The notes under the pieces were generated by a model, which worked only from the letters and a program-made list of their open reading frames with translations, searched no databases and was not told the DNA's origin. From contig OX597842.1 in the NCBI GenBank assembly GCA_951406725.2, positions 29,202,001-29,266,000 on the forward strand: a DNA stretch of 64,000 nt. The letters run 5' to 3'. Position numbers and translations under genes: made by a program. Origin of the DNA: Octopus vulgaris (taxonomy: Eukaryota). Positions 39,890-64,000 of the stretch are shown here, piece by piece (the stretch's first letter is position 1; every line of letters begins with the position of its first letter).

Positions 39890-40284
39890 TTATATATAAA
39901 AGTCAAATTGTGTGTCTGTCTCCTACGATTTAGATTCCTAACTACTCCCACATTTTGCGGTGCAGTGTAACCAAAAGCGAGTATCTTATAGTCGTGATTC
40001 ATATCGAGCCCTTCTAGGTATTAGCGCGCGTCTACGATGAGTCTTCGATTTAAAAAATAATTTACCATCACTTTTTTCCATTTTAATACATTTTTTCGCT
40101 ATTATATAAGGGAAGTAACTCTCTAAAAATGTCTACGATTAGTCAACGATTTTTAAAAAAATCTACCATCATCTTTTTTCCATTTTTAATGCATATTTTG
40201 CTATTTTGGGGCTATAACTCTCTAATAATACTTATATAGTTATTTCCCTTACAAACCCGAGCAACGCCGGGCGATACTGCTAGT
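38260..40284. mobile_element. Three non-autonomous Helitron-like elements: 38260-38568 (+), 39284-39831 (+), 39886-40284 (-)
   Basis: Shared end ACTAGCAGTATCGCCCGGCGTTGCTCGGG (subterminal hairpin), shared body, other end ...GACAGAC...TTTTATATATAAAGAT; no TSD seen. Confidence 0.65.
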
Positions 40285-40731
40285 ATATATATATAAACCC
40301 TAATGACTATATATCTGACAATAAACTCATGGTATCAGTTTGCACATCACGAAATAATACTTAAAGGATATAACCAAAATTACCAGCTGGGTATATAATG
40401 TACTTCATTAATTATATCATACTTTAGTTAATACTTATATTTATTAAATATGAAAGAACTACACGTGTTTCAGTATTGGAAGATTACAATATATATACAT
40501 ATACACATCTGTATACCTATATATATATACATATATAAATACATATATTCAATCGTCAGATTTACAATTATTCCAACACATCTTCAGGTTCTATTTCAAA
40601 ATATCGTATATCTAATTTTATATCCCTTTAAAAATAAGCATTAAAGATTAAAAATAACTATTTAAAAATTATACTTCGTAATATTAAGAATTGAAATTTA
40701 TAAATTATACATTATAAATATGAATTAATAT

Positions 40732-40963
40732 ACTCTTTTTTACTCTTTTTTACTCTTTTTCTTGTTCCAGTCATTTGACTGCGGCCATGCTGGAGCACCG
40801 CCTTTTAATCGAGCAAATCGACTCCGGGACTTATTCTTTTGTAAGCCCAGTACTTATTCTATCGGTCTCTTTTGCAGAACCGCTAAGTAAAGGGGACATA
40901 AACACACCAGCATCTGTTGTCAAGCAATGCTAGGGGGAAAACACAGACACACAAACACACGCA

Positions 40964-41004
<41 letters not shown>

Positions 41005-41185
41005 GACGGGCTTTTTTTAGTTTCCGCTAACCAAATCCACTCACAAGGCTTTGGTCGGCCCGAGGCTATAGTAGAAGACACTTGCCCAAGGTGCCACGCA
41101 GTGGGACTGAACCCGGAACCATGTGGTTGGTAAACAAGCTACTTACCACACAGCCACTCCTGCGCCTACACAGCCACTCCTGCGC

Positions 41186-41186
<1 letters not shown>
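40732..41186 (-). mobile_element. tRNA-derived SINE, family 1
   Basis: Same head, body and tail as 6826-7240; head partly duplicated. Confidence 0.88.
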
Positions 41187-41277
<91 letters not shown>

Positions 41278-41280
<3 letters not shown>

Positions 41281-41580
41281 TAAATTAGAGACAAAACCAC
41301 TATTAGGCACATCAAACAGTGAAAAACATAAACCAAAACATAGAAATAAACTTAATATAATATACAAAATATATAAAATATAAAATTCAAAATTTAAATT
41401 ATTTAAATTTTAAGTTAAAAATTTTTAATTATTAATTTATATTTATAAATTTATATATATATATTTATTTATTTTTATTTTTTATTTATTTATTTTTTTA
41501 TTTTTTATTTAAATATATATAACTATCAAAAAGTATTAAAAAGTTTAAAATAAGAAAGAAAGTAAAACCACTACGATTCA
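41278..41580 (+). repeat. AT-rich interspersed repeat (also ~54322-54580, ~60915-61195, ~63520-63800 minus)
   Basis: Shared AAATTAGAGAYAAAACC...AGGCAAATCAAACAGTGAAAAACATAAACC. Confidence 0.7.
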
Positions 41581-41754
41581 AATATATATATGTATATATA
41601 AGGGAGTGAAAAATCCAAATAGTAATATAATAATAAGAGTAAATAATTTCTATAAAGGCTTTTAAAAAAACCCCAATTATTTACTGGTAGAATTCGGTAT
41701 GTAAATATAGCCGATTACCGGCAGGAACTTCTGTAAAGTTCAGTATATATATTG

Positions 41755-42037
41755 TATATAAGAAAAAGGGACAGGCAACAGGTTGCTTGACCGCATACCG
41801 AAAAAATAGAAATAGCAGTCAAGAATGCTTATTTCTATCAAAGTTGGACTCCAGGCACGACAAACCCTGTAATTCACATATGCAAAACAGAAGGATATTC
41901 CTTCTGTTTTGCATATGTGAATTACAGGGTTTGTCGTGCCTGAGTCCAACTTTGATAGAAATAAGCATTCTTGACTGCTATTTCTATTTTTTCGGTATGC
42001 GGTCAAGCAACCTGTTGCCTGTCCCTTTTTCTTATAT
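41755..42037. repeat. Near-perfect palindrome, ~140-bp arms, 3-nt loop
   Basis: Centre AAGGA-TAT-TCCTT at 41891-41903; one 1-nt indel; gives mirror ORFs in the track. Confidence 0.9.
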
Positions 42038-42149
42038 ATGTATATATATATATATATCCATCAATCATGTAAAAATCAAGTATATGTCTGTGTTTAAATG
42101 TGATATATAATAAGAAAAATTCAAATACATTTATATGAGGATTTGGTAC

Positions 42150-42970
42150 AAGTAGTGAAGTTGACAACCAATCTAAGACTTTGCAAAAGATCATTCTGAT
42201 GAAACAGAGATGTAGGAAATAGTGACATTTCTGTCGAACAAAGTCTAGGTGCATTCAAAATCAACCTGACTTACAACCTTTGTCTTTCAAGTCCAAGTGA
42301 TTTTGTATTGGCTGACCTTGCAAATAACTTCACAGACCCCGTGTCGCTTGCAAACAGACCCATTATTACTCCAACAAATGAAATATCACAATTTCTGAAT
42401 GAACTCATGTTGACAAGGATCCCTGGCGAGGTAAAGATATACAGAAAGCTCAGATACAGTTGATAACGAAGCTCTGTACCTAATCAAATTCATCAACAAA
42501 CTCCTACCATCAGGTTTTCCATGGACATATCCTCACCTCAAAGACAAGAGGCTGCATTAGGTTTTCGAAGAATTTAGATGTTAAACAAGGCCATTGCAAT
42601 GACACAGGCTACGTTATTATCTGCTTGCACGATCTTATTATTGTGACTGAGGTTGCTTGTGGCCCTTCTGCAGGATCAGTGCTGGTAATCTCAAGGATTC
42701 CGCATGGGTCTCAATGACTGGAGTTCCCATTCACAGTTACCACATAAACAATTTCCTGTGGAACCAGTCTCTGCCTTGACATGCAGCAAGGCACAGGGAC
42801 AGACATTTAAACCAAGAAGAATATAACTTCCAACGCAATTCTTCTCCTGTGGTCAGCTGTAAGTTTTCTTTTCTAGATTTTGGATGAAGGCTAATGTAAA
42901 AATATTGGCTGAGAGAAATAGAAACTGTATATTGACTGACAGTTGTGTCCACAAGGAGGTTCTACTTGAA
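42150..42970 (+). mobile_element. Helitron PIF1-helicase 3' remnant (pseudogene)
   Basis: Frameshifted fragments IITPTNE, RIPGEVKIY, FINKLLPSGFP, NLDVKQGHCN, QFPVEPVSALTCSKAQGQT, VHKEVL. Confidence 0.8.
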
Positions 42971-43234
42971 AACAAAATGTGCATTTTAAGTAAGTTTCAC
43001 AAAATGGAATTTACAACTTTCGTTTTTTGAAAAATTCCACAGGATATTTAAACTGTCTATATAACAATGGAAGTGTTTAGGGAGATGCTGGGACTTACAA
43101 CAACAACAACAACAACAACAAATGAAATTTCAAAGTTTGTCTTTATTTCCACAGTTTATCTCGAACGAGGGAGCCAAACCAATAAAGGGGTCTACAGGTG
43201 GTAGAGAGATCTGCTAGAATTAGTAACCAAATCC

Positions 43235-44128
43235 GGATCTTTACCTTTCGACCGGCAGATTTAGAAAATAATTTCTTGTAACTAAATTCTTTCAAACTTC
43301 GTATTCTGGTAGAATGTGTCGTATAAAACATCTTTTACTCTTAGCGTTTTTGAGAAAAGTTTATATTTACAAAGTTATTTCGTGTTAAATTTGTCGTATT
43401 TCAGTAATTTCAACCAATCAATGATGTGTATTAAGCTGAATAAAATTACTGCTAACCCATGCTAGCATGCAAAGCGGACGTTAAAGGATGATGATGACGA
43501 TGATGATGATGTTTGTCAACAACAACTATCGGCGGTGTATTTTTCATTTGTCACTGTTATTTATGACATCGTTCGTGCGTTTGTACTGGTTTTAGCTTTA
43601 AGGTTTTAGTGTTAGAGTTAAGGTTTTAGTGTTAGGGCTAGGGTTTTAGTGTTAGGGCTAGGGTTTTAGTGTTAGGGATAGGGTTTTAGGGTTAGGGTTA
43701 GGGTTAAAAATGTCTTTCCAAAAATAGTAGCTGAAAAACAGGAAAAAATAGCTAAAACCAGTAGAAATGCACGAACGATTATGGTGGTGCCATGAAGTAA
43801 ACATGTTGCAGATATACACGTTTTTCATACAAACATAACTGAGATGAAATATGTCATAAATAACAGTGACAAACAAAATATGCACCTCCGGAAGTTGTTG
43901 TCAAACAACGGCAGTCATTTTATTCAGATGAATATACGTCATTCATTGGTTGAGATTACTGAAATACGACAAATTTAACACGGAATAACTTCGTAAATAT
44001 AAACTTTTCTCAAAAACGCTAAGAGTAAAAAAAGTTTTATACGACACATTCTACCAGAATACGAAGTTTGAAAGTATTCAGTTCCAAAAAATTATTTTCT
44101 AAATCTGCCGGTCAAAAGGTAAAAATCC
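43235..44128. mobile_element. Non-autonomous TIR element (MITE-like) with 8-bp TSD and internal TTAGGG-like repeats
   Basis: GGATCTTTACCTTTCGACCGGCAGATTT...AAATCTGCCGGTCAAAAGGTAAAAATCC; long imperfect arms; CCAAATCC at 43227-43234 and 44129-44136. Confidence 0.88.
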
Positions 44129-44306
44129 CCAAATCCTACTCCATTCATAACTTATCACCTTAAAGAAGGACACATCAAACAATGTGGTTCTACGTTCTCT
44201 ATACTTATGAAAAAGACAGGATGGTCCTGGATGGAAGGCATTTGATAATAGGTCTGTGGTGAATATAGACTTACGACTAAGCAACAACAACAATTTACAA
44301 AGAAAT

Positions 44307-63090
<18,784 letters not shown>

Positions 63091-63472
63091 CTGAAGAGAA
63101 GAAAGAGAAAACGTGAAATATATTAAAGGAGAGAGAGAGAGAGAGAGAGGAGAGAGAGGGGGGAGAGAGAAGAGGAAAGATAGAGTAAAGAAGATGCAGG
63201 AGTGAAAAAAAGGAATATGAAAGAGAAATAAAGATATACACACACACATGCACATGCACGCAGACACATACACACACCAGTATGCCTACATACTCGCACA
63301 TGCACACACACATCAGTACAAATGCACACACACACACACACATCATGTTATATATATATAAGAGCACACACACACACACATACAAGTATGTGTGTGTCTA
63401 ATTATATATTTGTAAATGTGTATTTGTGTATATATATATGTGAGTGTGTGTGTGCATACACACACACACATG

Positions 63473-63515
<43 letters not shown>

Positions 63516-64000
63516 TTATTATCGTATATTAAACTTTTTAATACTTTTTGATAGTTATATATTTAAATTTTTTTTTAAATCTAAAAGTTTATTAATTTAA
63601 ATTTTTAAAATATTTAAAAGATATTAAAATTTAAAAATATAAATTAATAATTTTAAATTCAAATAATTTAAATGATTTGAATTTTAAATTTTATATCTTA
63701 TATATTTTGTATATTATATTTATTTTTATTTTTATGTTTTGGCTTATGTTTTTCACTGTTTGATTTGCCTAATAGTGGTTTTAATTCTAATTAATTTGAT
63801 ATATATCATCATCGTTCGTTTAGCGTCAGCTTTCCATGTTAGCATGGGTTGGACGGTTCAACTGGGGTCTGGGAAGCCAGAAGGCTGCACCAGGCCCAGT
63901 CTGGTCTGGCAATGTTTCTACGGCGGGATGCCCTTCCTAACACCAACCATTCCGTGAGTGTAGTGGGTGCTTTTTACGTGCCACTGGCACAGGTGCCAGA

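Noticed and set aside
43600-43706. TTAGGG repeats as telomere or chromosome-fusion relic
   Set aside because: Short, degenerate and internal to a TIR element; the same motif occurs in the related element at ~24719-24759.

Overview
AT-rich, microsatellite- and SINE-dense eukaryotic (metazoan) genomic DNA; the SINE families and repeat landscape look like octopus/cephalopod (inference). Nearly all ORFs in the supplied track are microsatellite artefacts; the real genes are spliced and on the minus strand. I reconstructed by hand two tandem paralogues of a multi-exon gene with the architecture ankyrin repeats - C3HC4 RING (Mind-bomb/IAP type) - array of Cys-rich micro-exons - death domain. Copy A runs 29083 to <1 (3' end outside the window) and copy B runs >64000 to 44307 (5' end outside the window). 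All deduced junctions are GT-AG and phase-compatible except one frameshifted micro-exon in copy A. The locus varies at several nested scales: whole-gene duplication, duplication of a two-exon ankyrin cassette, gain of 102-nt ankyrin units inside one exon, non-synonymous changes concentrated on the ankyrin binding face, and a 166-bp-period micro-exon array apparently derived from the death-domain exon. This suggests a rapidly diversifying intracellular receptor/E3-ligase family. Between the copies lie a 100-N gap, an exon encoding a signal peptide plus PAN/apple domain, long palindromes carrying minimal hammerhead ribozyme motifs, Helitron, Tc1/mariner, LINE and MITE remnants. A ~4.2-kb compound satellite sits in an intron of copy A.
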